Assembly (NCBI GenBank): GCA_951406725.2
Contig: OX597815.1
Coordinates: 37,138,001 to 37,202,000, forward strand
Length of the DNA: 64,000 nucleotides
Reading direction: 5' to 3'
From: Octopus vulgaris
Lineage: Eukaryota
Shown: positions 41,159 to 54,732 of the stretch, piece by piece
Layout of the letters: each line of letters begins with the position of its first letter
Position numbering within the stretch: position 1 is the first letter of the stretch
Notes under the pieces: generated by a model
What the model saw: only the letters and a program-made list of their open reading frames with translations
Told to the model about the DNA's origin: nothing
Databases searched by the model: none
Program-made: the position numbers and the translations under genes

Positions 41159-41223
<65 letters not shown>

Positions 41224-41331
41224 GTCTGTCTATCTACATTACAACGAACTTTTTTCAGTCGGCCTGAGTAGAAGACACTTGCCATATGGTTGGTAAGCAA
41301 ACTTCTTATCCTACCGCCACGCCTGCGCCTA
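41020..41331 (-). mobile_element. SINE family C, internally deleted, with (TATC)n
   Basis: CGGGGACGTAAACACACCA...GGGGACAAACAC...AGTAGAAGACACTTGCC...GGTTGGTAAGCAA.CT.CTTA...GCCACGCCTGCGCC. Confidence 0.7.
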
Positions 41332-41589
41332 CTGTGTGTGTGTGTGTAGGTGTGGTGGTTCTCTACACCTTATGCAGAGTCTGATCACCTCCTGTACCTA
41401 CACATCAGAACCATCATGGCGTCATCATGGCGTCTGATTTTGTTTTTTTAAACAAGACGGTGTTTTGAACAGACACCCATACATTCTATATCCGATTTGT
41501 TTTATTGGTTTTATTATTCTATATCCACCAAGAGTTGCAGTTAAGTTCTGATATTTGTGGATCTTAAAATATCTTTTGAGTCCTCCGTT

Positions 41590-43200
41590 AGGTCTCTTTG
41601 CTTTACTCCGTTTTCTACGGTAAAAGATTCAGAGAGCCCATCGCCAAAATTAACTCTAGATGTCATATCTTGATGCAAAGTCCAGATCATGTTTACAAAT
41701 TGTTCAGGGCAACCTATTTTCCTTATAATTAGCCACAGAGCATTTCGATTAACAGTATCAAATGCTTTGCTCAAATCAATAAAGATTTAAATTCCACTGA
41801 CGAACTTGCAGCCTGAGATACTTTTGTTTTGAAATCTTCCCATAGATTGTTTGGGTCAAGATTGATGCCTTCTATAGCATCGGAGAATCTTCGCAAATTT
41901 GCAATATTTAACTTTTTGGATGCCTTAGCACCAGACTGTCGACTTTTAGGCATTATCGAAAAAATTATTTTCCCACACACCAGACGATGGTCAGGCCAAC
42001 TCTCTGCTCCTCTCATGGCCCGAACACTAGAAACATCTTTCATATCACTCTTTCTGATCTAAATATAATCTATGAGATGCCAGCGCTTAGAACTTGGGTG
42101 CATCCAGATGGCTTTATATTTATTTTCCTGCTTAAACAGAGTGTTGGTGACAACCAGATTATCCTCAGTACAAAACGCCAAAAGAGCTACTCCATTTTTA
42201 TTACATTTTCCAATCCCATGTCGGCCTAAAACAGACCATAAAACGTAGTCTTTTCCAACACTTGCGTTGACATCTCCCAATATGACCAGCTTGTCAGAAA
42301 TTGGTACTTACCTCAATAATTGTGCTAGATCGTCATAAAACTGTCCTACAGTTTTCTCAGAATGAGTCAGTGTTGATGCATAAATACTGACAATGGTAAG
42401 AAATATATCGTTCAGATATAGCACTTAGAAATTCTGCAATGGAGGATACTAATGAATTCTTGAGAATAAAATCCAACACCTGATTCTCTACGCTGATCAC
42501 CAGGTTGGCTTCTCCAAAAGATAGTATATCCATAAGTAGGTTAATTTATTTGACCTTCACCAGAGAAATGAGTTTCAGAGAGCGCAACTATATCAAGTGA
42601 ATATTTTTTAAGCTCACATGCAATAAGTGTAGTACCTCTTGTTGAACTTACCATCAAGAAGTGTGCACACATTCCAACAGCCAAAATTCTGAGGATGTTT
42701 ATTTATTTTTTTTTTACTTTTCCTTGAAGACTGTTTGACCACAGTGGCAGGATGACCGGGCCCAGCCTGTGACACACTGGGACACCTGCCGAGCCATACC
42801 TGCCTTCCTGACGTTCCCAAGCCTTTTTTGCCATTTATTGAATCTGTTAGAAACATTTTAGAGTAATTTACAAGTTCATTTTTAGGTTTCTGCCAACCAA
42901 CCAATTCAATGATTTTACTAAGATTTCGTCTACAAGAAGTACCTATGCAGATGAATAATTTTCAGTGGGTGTACCTTGTAGTGCACTACCCCCATCTACT
43001 GGCCAAAGAAGACTTTCGCCGCTGTGAGATGAAAATTGACAAAACCAGGAAATTCCAAGGCCTCAGGTTTTATTTTGGAGATTTCCTTTTCCTAGGAGAA
43101 GTTAAAGAGCTTCTACCTGGCCATGAGGTAAGCTATCCCGTTCCAGACACCAAACCGACACCCAAGCGCTCTATAATGTGATCAAGTATCATTCCGATGT
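41590..43200 (-). mobile_element. RTE-clade LINE relic: putative 5'UTR, APE endonuclease, large internal deletion, start of RT
   Basis: GCWNVCTLLD; DIVALSETHFSGEGQI; TIVSIYASTL; GDVNASVGKD; GRHGIGKCNKNG; WMHPSSKRWHLIDYI; DHRLV; then FIDLSKAFDTVNR..LW.II.KIGCPEQFVNMI..LHQDM...VENGVKQ. Confidence 0.92.
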
Positions 43201-43336
43201 CCGACACGGAGTAGCTCATTCATACATATAATAAACAAAATGTAAGACATGTGGTTTAAAAATATAAACTAGATTTAAATATAAATAATATATATATAAA
43301 AAGTAAAGGATACGTAATTTTAAAATATAAATAAAA

Positions 43337-43379
<43 letters not shown>

Positions 43380-43495
43380 TCCAAACAAGAAAACAAAAAC
43401 CAAAAAAACCAAAAAAACAACAACGCAAGGACGTGGAACAAATAAAGTATTATTGGATGCTCAGGAAAGAAGGGATACACACACACATATATCTA

Positions 43496-43613
<118 letters not shown>

Positions 43614-43686
43614 GAGAGAAACATATATATATATATAACATATGTAGATATATATTTATATGAACACCCACACACAGATGAATGCA

Positions 43687-43740
<54 letters not shown>

Positions 43741-44355
43741 CTTACACACATGCATGCATATTTATACACATTGACATAAATATCGAAAGAGACGTGTATG
43801 AGGCCGTAGATACAATAAATCTCAGCACTGATCCTTGATCACTGCTAAACTGTTGACTTGGTGATATAAATTTCCTCGTATCATTGCGGTGAATCTGTAT
43901 AAACAGAGTTGCTTAAGTAATATATTCTATATCATGCTATACGGAAGGAAAATGAAATAGTAGTATTAATGTTCTGATACTGTCTAGAAATAGACGTATA
44001 AGAGGAATGACAATACCATTATTTTACTAATTCAGCTTAACTTGGATATATAAGCTGAATGTATTCATTATCTTACCATACAGACATACACATAAACGTC
44101 TACGCATACACAATGGAATACATCTATAAAACATCGTACATACCTATGCATACACCCAACCTATAACACCCACCTCACTCACGCTCAGTTTTCGTATATA
44201 TGTAAAATGGATTATAGAAAGTCATTTTTAAATAAACACGATACTTTTGCAGATTTTAGTTTAAAGTAATGAATATTGATACAAAGAAGAGAAATATGAT
44301 CCGATACTAAGAGTAGCCCACTACAGAAAGTATAATACATAAGTACATCATACAT

Positions 44356-44735
44356 GTATGGCCCAGTGGTTAGAGCAGCGGACTCGCGGTCATAGGATCA
44401 CGGTTTCGATTCCCAGACCGGGCGGTGTGAGTGTTTATTGAGCGAAAACACCTAAAGCTCCACGAGGCTCCGGCAGGGGATGGTGGTGATCCCTGCTGTA
44501 CTCTTTCACCACAATTTTTTCTCACTCTTACTTCCTGTTTCTGTTGTACCTGTATTTCACAGGGCCGGCCTTGTCACTCTCTGTGTCACGCTGAATATCC
44601 CCGAGAACTACGTTAAGGGTACACGTGTCTGTGGAGTGCTCAGCCACTTACACGTTAATTTCACGAGCAGGCTGTTCCGTTGATTCGGATCAACCGGAAC
44701 CCTCGTCGTCGTAACCGACGGAGTGCTTCCATCCT
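44356..44735 (+). mobile_element. SINE family A, nearly full length
   Basis: ATGGCCCAGTGGTTAGAGCAGCGGACTCGCGG...GGTTTCGATTCCC...CCGACGGAGTGCTTCC. 9-bp TSD ATCATACAT at 44347-44355 and 44736-44744. Confidence 0.9.
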
Positions 44736-45231
44736 ATCATACATTAATTCATTTATGTATAGATACGTAAGACATTCTTTCATTCAAAGCTACGTATGTT
44801 CATAGAAACATACATGTCCATATACATTTATTTTAGCTATTCAGGAACAGGAGATAGCTGTGAATAAAGACTTCAGAGAGATTCAAATACAGCAGAACTC
44901 ATTTTGCTCATTAGAATAGGGAAGAAAACTTGTACACTGTTCAAGAGATACGCTGCTTAACGGATGTGAATGTCTCGTCTAAAATCAAGGGGAAAAAGAG
45001 ACCATCCATGGTGAAATAATGCGGAACGTACAGCTTATGTATCCAGGTTATTGATTTTAATTCTTGCCTTTTGTCACAGTAGATTTGCACAACGCCTGAA
45101 GAAACTGCGGTTTTACAAGAAAGAACTACACTACTTCGCATTTCAGTGATTCTGCAATTGACCTTGCTGCAATGAACGTATTCATACAAGCCCGTTTGCA
45201 TAGTTATATATAAAGTTTTCACAAATACATG

Positions 45232-45262
<31 letters not shown>

Positions 45263-45540
45263 CCAATCACACACTCAATCACACACACAGACACACACAC
45301 ACGCTAATGTATTATAATATATATACACTTATAGCTTGAGTATATGTATAGCCACAGATTCACCTGCATATATGTTGGTTTGCTTAAGTCTCCGTGCGTT
45401 GGTAGTTCGACAAAGGCGACCGATTGAATAAGGACCAGATTTTAAAAAATATGTGCATGGTTCGATTTGATTGACAAAAACACTTTAGTTGCTTCAACAT
45501 GTCCGCAATCCAATGACTTAAACAAGTAGAAGTTAAAATA

Positions 45541-45582
<42 letters not shown>

Positions 45583-45707
45583 ATAGAAATGGTAAGACAA
45601 CAAAAGAATGAAAGAGACCTCGATATTATGTAAATAGAGGAATTTATCTGTAGATGTAATATGTGACAATTATTCGGTAGCCATGATAGCAATTTTGCCG
45701 ATCGTCG

Positions 45708-45768
45708 GATAACTGAAGAGATGGCAGCGTGGATTTCCACCCCGACATCCGAAACCCGGAGTTTTATC
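45708..45768 (+). ncRNA. Type I hammerhead ribozyme motif inside a fold-back insert in (TA)n (about 45580-45810)
   Basis: GATAA-CTGAAGA-GATG..CATC-C-GAAAC-CCGGA-GTT-TTATC. Stem I is GATAA/TTATC. Flanking arms 45645-45688 and 45765-45808 are inverted. Same family as 53499-53569. Confidence 0.65.
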
Positions 45769-45803
45769 ATGGCTACTGAATAATTGTCACATATTACATT
45801 TAC

Positions 45804-45845
<42 letters not shown>

Positions 45846-46058
45846 GAGAATGAAATAACAAAGCCAAGGCTGTGAGGAGTTTACAGGACATTTATAAGGA
45901 ACAGAGTTTATCTACGGTCTGTCCATACCACTTAGCGTTAACCGACACTCTTTGGGTCATCTAGATAGCAATACCTTTCATATATATATGTAACCGCATG
46001 TGGACTGGTGGCTATTTTTTCCCGCCGTCTTCTTTTTCTTTTGGACTCTCCTCTGTCC

Positions 46059-46095
46059 TGTTTCTGAAGAAGAACTTTGCTTGAAACGTAAAACA
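46059..46095 (+). ncRNA. Minimal hammerhead motif (PLE type), stem II partly decayed
   Basis: TGTTT-CTGAAGA-AGAACTTTGCTT-GAAAC-GTA-AAACA. 5-bp stem I TGTTT/AAACA. Confidence 0.6.
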
Positions 46096-46340
46096 CCCAT
46101 TCTTTCCTTCTCTGAGCGTCTCATTAATACTTTCATGCTTGGAATCTAATATTAATTGCCCTTAAACTCCCACCTTAGCTTATACACACAGGTCGTCCGT
46201 ATTCTGGCATGTGCCTCGATTACTAATCGTCTTTTACTTGAATTTCCTATATAACTGTCTGACGATGGGTTTGCTCACCAAGTGCACCTGCTGCTTGCAT
46301 CTACAGTGTGACATGATGTATTGTTGGCTACTGAAGCATA

Positions 46341-47261
46341 CCATAAATCCTCGGGTATAATCCGCATTTTCTTCCAAAATTTAATGGTCAAAATCCCTAG
46401 TGCGTACTATATACAAGGTTAAAAGTGAAAAATATTTTCTAAGCAATGTCCGAGTCACTATTTGCTGTCCGGCAATGTTTATTCGGACGCATGTTGTTTT
46501 GTCGGGCGCAAAAATACCTTAAGCCTAGCCTGAAAGCAATGACGTCATAAAAGAATCATCCATAACTTGCAGTGTGCAACATTTATTAAAATATAAGTAT
46601 TTAGAACACATAATAACATGTAACAAAAGCAATTTGCAAACATATTTACATTCCCATAGAGCAGTTAAGGACATCACCATTATTGTATTACGCATGCGCG
46701 GAAGTGTTTGTTCGACTAGGTACTGCTGGATTAATTACGCATGAATTGTGCTTAATAGTTTAGCGCTAAATAGTTCATCCTGCAGTCTGCATTGGCAGTT
46801 TGCATCATTACCGTGGCAAACAATAGATACTTAATTAAATACCAGTATTAAATGTTTGAACTACTGTGGGTCTTTACTAGGGTTTTTTATAAACGGGACT
46901 TAAACCTGTACATTAATCTCCAATAAAACATTTTGTACATTACATGCCCATAAAATGCCTCGTAGATCTTATTCAACTATGTTTAAACTTGAAGTCATAT
47001 CATATGCTGAAGAGCATGGTAATAGGGCTGCCGGAAGAAAATTTGAAAAGCTACACGTTTGCATTATGTTATATATACAATAATAATAAAGGACGTTACC
47101 GTATATATTTTTACAAATCAAGGACGTTATATAGACCTCCTTCACTCAAGTTAGAGAAGGGGTGCGTATTATACACAAGGTTTAAGTTTTTCAGAGGTAT
47201 AGCCCGCTAAAAATCCCCTGCGTATTATTGTGAAGGGAGGACTATACTCAAGGATTTACGG
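46341..47261. mobile_element. pogo/Tigger-type MITE with TA target duplication
   Basis: TA|CCATAAATCCTCGGGTATAATCC...GGACTATACTCAAGGATTTACGG|TA. Subterminal direct repeats GTGCGTA(C/T)TATA(T/C)ACAAGGTT at about 46400 and 47162. Confidence 0.8.
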
Positions 47262-47447
47262 TATGTAAAAGCTGAAATAAGAAGTACAAAGTCAAAGCCC
47301 ATGTTCTCTTCTCTCTCTTATATGTGTGTGTATGTGTGTGTGCCTGTATGTATGTGTATACACGTGTAAATGTATACATCAAGTTGCAACCCTTTATATC
47401 AAAAGTCAACTTTGTCATTATATAAATAAAATCGATACAATACGTAC

Positions 47448-47529
47448 CAGACTGAGAGAAGCAATTTGGGTCTATATGATCGAATAAAACGATTGGATAT
47501 GGTTCGCCAACTTGGTCGTCGTCCAATAA
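47448..47529 (-). CDS. Candidate 82-nt internal coding exon (best exon candidate in the window)
   Basis: Minus TTTATTACTTTCAG|TTATTGGAC...CAGTCTG|GTACGT. GC/CpG-richer than its flanks. Open frames give LLDDDQVGEPYPIVLFDHIDPNCFSQS or IGRRPSWRTISNRFIRSYRPKLLLSV. Confidence 0.45.
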
Positions 47530-50235
47530 CTGAAAGTAATAAATATATGTAAAATTATAAATATTCAGATGCTCTAATTGTGCATTAAGATATATAATCA
47601 CAGTAACCGAAAACAATATTAGAAAGGAAGAAAAACATTTCGCCTCTATAATTTTTTCCAAAGGACATCAATGATTTACTTAAGATAAGATATCCGGAAC
47701 CAAGAATCAAGCTGGAATTGTGAAATAGAATTTACAATAAAAAAAGCGGTTCTCTTAAATTTTTACTTGTTTGCAGATATGTTATTAAAGGTAATCTTTT
47801 CGCTAACCACCACAATTTCTATGAAAACACTCCAATTTCTATGGTTGTAAATGTTGGTAATAAATCTTCCCCCGAATAAGACGATTACATTTACAATTAT
47901 ATTTTCTTAAAAAAAAAAAACGAAAAGAAAAGAATGAACAAACAAGGATATCTCTGTAACTCTTCTGTAAGAGCTATGTCTAAGCAAGTTTCTTGTTTAG
48001 AAACATAGGAGAACACTTGCATTAACTGAAACTCGAAATACTGGACATTCGTTCTTATGACAACATGCGTAACCTTAACTGGGTTTGAACGTTGTCTTAA
48101 TCAGATTGAAATACCGAGTTAATATCTTCTTTTACTCACTACGTTTAAGGATGGGGAATGTTTTAATGTTTTTGTAAGGAGAGAAGGCACAGCCAATGAC
48201 ACTTGGGGGATGGAAAGAGGAAGAATTTCTTAAAATCCGAAATCTGGCCTGAATATGGCAACAAAATGGACTTCGTTAAAATTACCCATGATGCTAGGTT
48301 ATGCCGTTAAGCCGAGCGAGGATCAAGTCTACTCTCAAGTTGGCTGTGGCGGGAATTGAACTCAGAACGTAAAGAGCCAGAGCAAATAACAACCGCCATT
48401 CTCACAGTTTTGCCAAACCACTGTCTCGAATTGGTACTTTTTTATCGACCTCAGAAGGATAACAGGTAAAGCTGACCTCGGAGATACGCGAACTTAGAAT
48501 AAAGTGATCTCGGAACCAATCCCGCGAGCCAGTCTGTCAGACACTTTCTAACACTTCTGTCAATTATTTGCCACAATTAATGAAAAAATCTTTTAGTCGC
48601 TCATTATCTGTAATGGCATTAACTTAACTGCGAAGTAATGACCCAAAAACTAAATTTAAGCAACGGAAGGAGTTCTAATAATGAACGGTAATCTTTATAA
48701 TCCTAATTAACGTTTATGTATTGTTAGAACGTCATATTACCGTATTTGCTTTGAGAGATCTCATATAGATGTGCATTGCTGAAAGAAGAAATACGTCGTT
48801 AGCAGACGCGATATAAATCGTTAGTTAACGATATGTATGTGTTTGTAGCACTCTATGGCTATATGAGGCAAATATCTCAGTAATACAGCGTTATAACAAT
48901 ACATCCACGTTAATGAACCGAGTTCGTTACTTTTTAAAGAGACGTGGCCATATAAAGGTGAAATAAATTGGCTAGAATCAAGAGGATGAACCAGAAACTT
49001 GCATCTGTTGTCCATCAGAGAAATATTTAAATATTGTACAAAATAATTTAGCTGCACATCTCAGTTTTCCAGTTAATTCTGACGACATCTTGACTACAAT
49101 AGGCTTGAATTCACAATTATGTTAATTTCTCTTCACTTGCTTTTCAAATGCCCTTGAGAAAGATTCTATGTTTCAGTACCTTTCTCATCCATTTAGACTC
49201 TGTGCCAATCAGAAGACAGAGAGAAATCGTTCACAGAAATGTGTGTTAAATGACACTATAAAAAAATAGGAGGTTCTAAGTACGACATTCGTTTTCGATT
49301 CAACGCGTATAGCTGTTTCATTCGTTTACGCAGTTAGAACCATGGTATAAAGCCGTGAATTCTTCACAGTTCTCATTCGTTACCTTTGCCTCATTTCCAG
49401 TATTCTCTGTAGAGTGATAAACCAGCTTAACAAACAACTGATATTATTAGGAAATTTGACAGAAATACAAAATCGGACTGTTTCCACATTGTATTATTTT
49501 ATATTATGGAAACTGTCATTGTTGATAAATGATATGGTTTACACTAATCCTGTTCTGTGTTCGTGTGATGGATATATATGAAGGATAGTTATATTAACGG
49601 TGAAGGTATCTGCAGCAACCACGGCATGTGGAGTGGTTACAGATGATATTATGAGGACATACGCACAAACACATACAAATATAAACGTGTGATTGTTTGC
49701 AGTAAACTGTTTCTATTCTGATAAATCTATCAAGTTTATATGTTCATTGTATACACGATGAGAATCATGTAATATTGTTTTTCATTCACGGAGATTATCT
49801 TGATATAATTTCATTTTCTCTTGCCGATATCATTTTCTTTATATTTGTCACGAGCTCCATAGAGCAATGATTAAGCTACCGAAAATGATTGAAAGCTCGT
49901 ATGTTTCAATATTCGTTTGTGTCCACTTCACATCTCATTCTAGAGAGCAAAAGCCAACTTTTTATTCGTTTCCACGTTAAAATATCCAGCTTTATTGTTT
50001 TAGAAGAAGATGAATGTTTTGCTCATATTTTAACTGATAGATTGTATATCATACTCAATGAATAGAGTTTGTCAAGATGCAGCATTCTGAAACTGCGCTA
50101 GTAATGTAGTGGTAGATTACGGCTTTGATAACGATTTGGCAATCTAATTGACAACGATTGTTGCTACTTATAATATTGACTTATTGACTTTACATACACC
50201 TCAAATAACTAAGATTATTTGAATTCCACTTTCTC

Positions 50236-50301
<66 letters not shown>

Positions 50302-50929
50302 ACACATACACACATACATGCATACATTGATACACACACTCTGTCTCACTTTCGCTCTCTCTGTCCCACGGTCCAGAATTGTAATTTTTACAGCTGAAAG
50401 AAAAGTTTCTCTACCGAATTTGTGTAAAGAAAGCACGTACGTATATTTGACTCATATCGCAAATAACTATACTTCGAGATCCATAGCGGTTTGGGTTGGA
50501 TACGTGCATGTAACCGTATGTCTATAAAATTAGACAATTACTTAATAACATGTCCACACAGACACGCACACACATACACATACACACATACACAAACACG
50601 CACACACACGCTCACAGAGTACTGTACAAGCATTACAACGACCGTGTATTGAGAAACTGAAGATGCATCATACCTTGCATACACAGTGTTTATAAGGCTT
50701 ATATATATATACATGCTAACATACATACATACATACATACATACATACATGTATACTTATATATGAAGTAAGAGAGAGATAGAAATTCCCAAACTGTTCA
50801 TTACTTTCTGTCTGTCCGTCTCTCCCCCCTCTCCCCCCTCTCTATATATATACACACACATACACGCACACACACACACACGCGCATACACACACAGACA
50901 CACACAGACATATATATATAAACTTAGAT

Positions 50930-51150
50930 AAACTAAGATATGTTTTGACCAAAGATTGGTCCATGGTTTGTCTAACTGAACAGTACCATCTGATAGGATT
51001 AACTAAATCCTTTTTAAGTCAGGTTTTGTGGTATCATGGTCCATTCGAGGAAAGAGTTCTTGTTGAGTGAGTTGTATCCAGGTATAGGTGAATTATCAGG
51101 TATTACTTGAAGAAATTTGTCCAGATTCCGTTTAAAGGTAATGGGATCCT
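50930..51150 (-). mobile_element. CR1-like LINE 3' end
   Basis: Minus DPITFKRNLDKFLQVIPDNSPIPGYNSLNKNSFLEW matches the FK..LD.FL..IPD terminus typical of CR1-group ORF2, followed by a short UTR. Confidence 0.7.
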
Positions 51151-51158
51151 TTTCCTCC

Positions 51159-51192
<34 letters not shown>

Positions 51193-51199
51193 CGGGAGA

Positions 51200-51467
51200 G
51201 AGTTTCGGATGTCGGGGCTGAAGCCTGCTCCGGCATCTCATCAGTTATTGGGACAAAAACGCTATGAAAAAAATCGTCGAATAAAGGGAACTTACTCTAA
51301 TAGGCGTGGCGAAAGTAAAACTTCGTTCATAGAATCTGCATATATACACATCTACACACATATACATGCACGTACGCACACACACATGTATATTATTATT
51401 ATTATATATATACACTCACACGTATGTGTACATATATACACATATATATATATCTATACACATGTAA

Positions 51468-51540
<73 letters not shown>

Positions 51541-53570
51541 CATGCGTACAAGCAGACATGCACATACACATGTATATGTGCCCATGCACACATTCACATT
51601 CGCCGAAAAACTTGAATATACGTATGAGTTATGTATGTATAGGGGAGCAGATATATATACACAAAAGCACCCTCCTGTTTGTCAAACACACCTACAAATG
51701 TATATACATATATTTATGAAGGAAGAAAACAAGTAGAACGGATACAGTCTTACACTCGTATATGTTACAATCATACGTACACATGTACACATGGACACAC
51801 ATACACATTTGGTATATGCTTAAATATAAAAATACTACGCTCATATATAGTTACACAATTATAAAAGAGGGAAAAATAATATGCAGAAAATATATATAAA
51901 GCACGTTTATATATTTGTTGTGCAAGATTTTTTATGTGAATTCGTGTGTTGAAACAGATAGTGTTATATTTCGGAATGGTCATTTTGCCAGTTTAGCCAA
52001 TAAAAACACACGCACTATATATTTAGTGTTACTTTGCTTCAGTGTTATTTATTTTTTACATTAATCTTAATCTTATTTCGGCCAGAGTTCTTTCGTCACA
52101 CTCCTGTGACCGCATCAGTGGTCCCTTGTTTTCTTCTTTCTTATTTGTGTCTTTCCTTACTAACCGTCAGCCATTTTGTATTTCTATTGTATGTCTTCAT
52201 TTGCACATGCTTATATCTCTATGTGCGTCTATGTTTATTTAGTGTGTGTGTGTGGGGGGGGATGCCTGTAATGTTTGTATCTTCTGTTTATATACGTTCA
52301 TGTAATTTGTTTTTGTTGTTGTTTTTGTTTATTCTTATTTTGTTCATTGTTTACATCCACTTATTATTATCATTACGTATGCTTGTATGTGTGTATGTAT
52401 GTATGTATAACAACAATACTAGTAATAATAATAATAAATCGAAAAAAATATATATAGTTATTTATTTCTATTTGTTTATTTATCTGTGTATTTATTATGT
52501 TTTCGGGATCCTCTACCGTCATATGTTGTGGTGTGTGCTTATGTTCCATTCTAGTTTTCTATTCAGGCTAGGTTTATTTTCTACAGATAAATAAACAAAT
52601 AGAAATAATTAACTATATTTATTATTATTTTTTTTTCGATTTATTATTATTATTGCTAGTATTTTTGTTATACATACATACATACATAATTAAGATTAAG
52701 ATTAAGATTAATGTAAAAAATAAATAACACTGAAGCAAAGTAACACCAAATATATAGTGCGTGTGTTTTTATTGGCTAAACTGGCAAAATGACCATTCCG
52801 AAATATAACAATATATAAAGCAGTAAAATATAAATAAAAAATATGTAAGAAATATTAAGACATAAGAAAAGCTTGTTCATGGACGTAATATAAAAATATA
52901 ACAAGCGGGTTCATTCTGTGATCTTGGAGGGCCCAAAAACGTAAATGTTTTGCTACGTGCGGACATGACCCGAAAAGTTCATTTCTTGAATTTAGACGCG
53001 TAGCGGGGTCTAAAGAACTTTTATATATATCTGCTCCCCTATACATACATAACTCATACGTATATTCAAGTTTTGCGGCGAGTGTGGATGTGTTTACGGT
53101 TTATGTTTTTGCGTGTGTGTTTTTATTTGTTTAAACGTCTATATATCTACTCGAGGATGATGTTGACTACGTATTTAAACGTATGCGTGTGTGCATATTT
53201 GTACATATAAATGCATATGCGGGGTTTTGTATATCCGCTTATGCATGTGTATGTGCGTATAGAGATGTGTACATAGGCACATATACATGTGTATGTGCGT
53301 GTATATATATGTGTGTGTGTATGTACACATCTCTTTGTGTTTGTATATATATATATATATATACACATGTGTGTGTGCGTTCGTGTATGCATATGTGTGT
53401 ACATGTGTACATATGCAGATTGTATGAACGACGTTTTACTTTCTCCACGGCTATTTGAGTAACTTCCCTTTATTCAACGGATTTTTCATAGCGTTTTTGT
53501 CTTAATAACTGATGAGATGTCGGAGCAGGCTTCAGCCCTGACATCCGAAACCCAGAATTTTATTATGACA
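51200..53570. repeat. Nested inverted-repeat complex A-B-C-D...D'-C'-B'-A' with HHR motifs in both outer arms
   Basis: Inverted pairs: A 51200-51390 / 53360-53552; B 51590-51659 / 53022-53092; C 51962-52075 / 52696-52810; D 52392-52487 / 52584-52685. Confidence 0.9.
53499..53569 (+). ncRNA. Type I hammerhead motif (inverted partner at 51202-51250, minus)
   Basis: GTCTTAATAA-CTGATGA-GATGTC..GACATC-C-GAAAC-CCAGA-ATT-TTATTATGAC. Stem I pairs 9 of 10 and stem II at least 6 bp. G16.2 is mutated to A. Confidence 0.6.
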
Positions 53571-53576
53571 ACTTAT

Positions 53577-53616
<40 letters not shown>

Positions 53617-53861
53617 GTAATGCAATACTAGAGTATTGCTTTCCAGTAAAGAATAGCCCGTGAGGGAAAATATACAAAGAAGTAAATATATGGCACAACG
53701 AAGTACCGATATTTACTGGAAATAGCGAACGTAATAATACGACGCTAATGTATAGCTTCACCGCGTATGTACTAGCAAAAATGCGTGAGTGCAACAAACT
53801 TGAAAAAAATTGTCTTACCTCCAGGGAGAACATCTGAAAGATGAAATACCTAGAAAAAGAT

Positions 53862-53945
53862 AATGTGGGACCGGCGTCGGTTTCAGATTTTTCAAGATAT
53901 GTCTGCACACATATACTTGATCTATCTTCATCAGCCAAACATATA
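53862..53945 (-). ncRNA. Intact type I hammerhead ribozyme (inverted copy)
   Basis: Minus TGG-CTGATGA-AGAT-AGATCAAG..ATATGT GTGC AGACATAT..CTTGA..-ATCT-GAAAC-CG-ACGC-CG-GTC-CCA. Confidence 0.85.
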
Positions 53946-54351
53946 CCACGACAACATTTCAGATGTTACCACATTAATGCCAATACACTCGACTGAAACA
54001 TTATCCTTTTCTAGGTATTTCATCTTTCAGATGTTCTCCCTGGAGGTAAGACAATTTTTTTCAAGTTTGTTGCACTCACGCATTTTTGCTAGTACATACG
54101 TGGTGAAGTTATACATTAGCGTCGTATTATTACGTTCGCTATTTCCAGTAAATATCGGTACTTCGTTGTACCATATATTTACTTCTTTGTATATTTTTCC
54201 CTCACGGGCTATTCTTTACTGGAAAGCAATACTCTAGTATTGCATTACTAATTTTATTGAAACTTCTTCACCGTTCTCGTTCTGTTAGCGTTTCGGCGTT
54301 TCAGTCGAGTGTATTGGCATTAATGTGGTAACATCTGAAATGTTGTCGTGG

Positions 54352-54437
54352 TATATGTTTGGCTGATGAAGATAGATCAAGTATATGTGTGCAGACATAT
54401 CTTTAAAAATCTGAAACCGACGCCGGTCCCACATTAT
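54352..54437 (+). ncRNA. Intact type I hammerhead ribozyme
   Basis: Core CTGATGA at 54363-54369. Stem II AGAT/ATCT with a long hairpin extension. GAAA at 54413-54416. Stem III ACCG/CGGT with loop ACGC. GUC at 54426-54428, predicted cut after 54428. Stem I TGG/CCA plus bulged ATG/CAT. Confidence 0.88.
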
Positions 54438-54617
54438 CCTTTTCTAGGTATTTCATCTTTCAGATGTTCTCCCTGGAGGTAAGGCAATTTTTTTCAAGTT
54501 TGTTGCGCTCACGCATTTTTGCTAGTACATACGCGGTGAAGCTATACATTAGCGTCGTATTATTACGTTCGCTATTTCCAGTAAATATCGGTACTTCGTT
54601 GTGCCATATATTTACTT

Positions 54618-54732
<115 letters not shown>

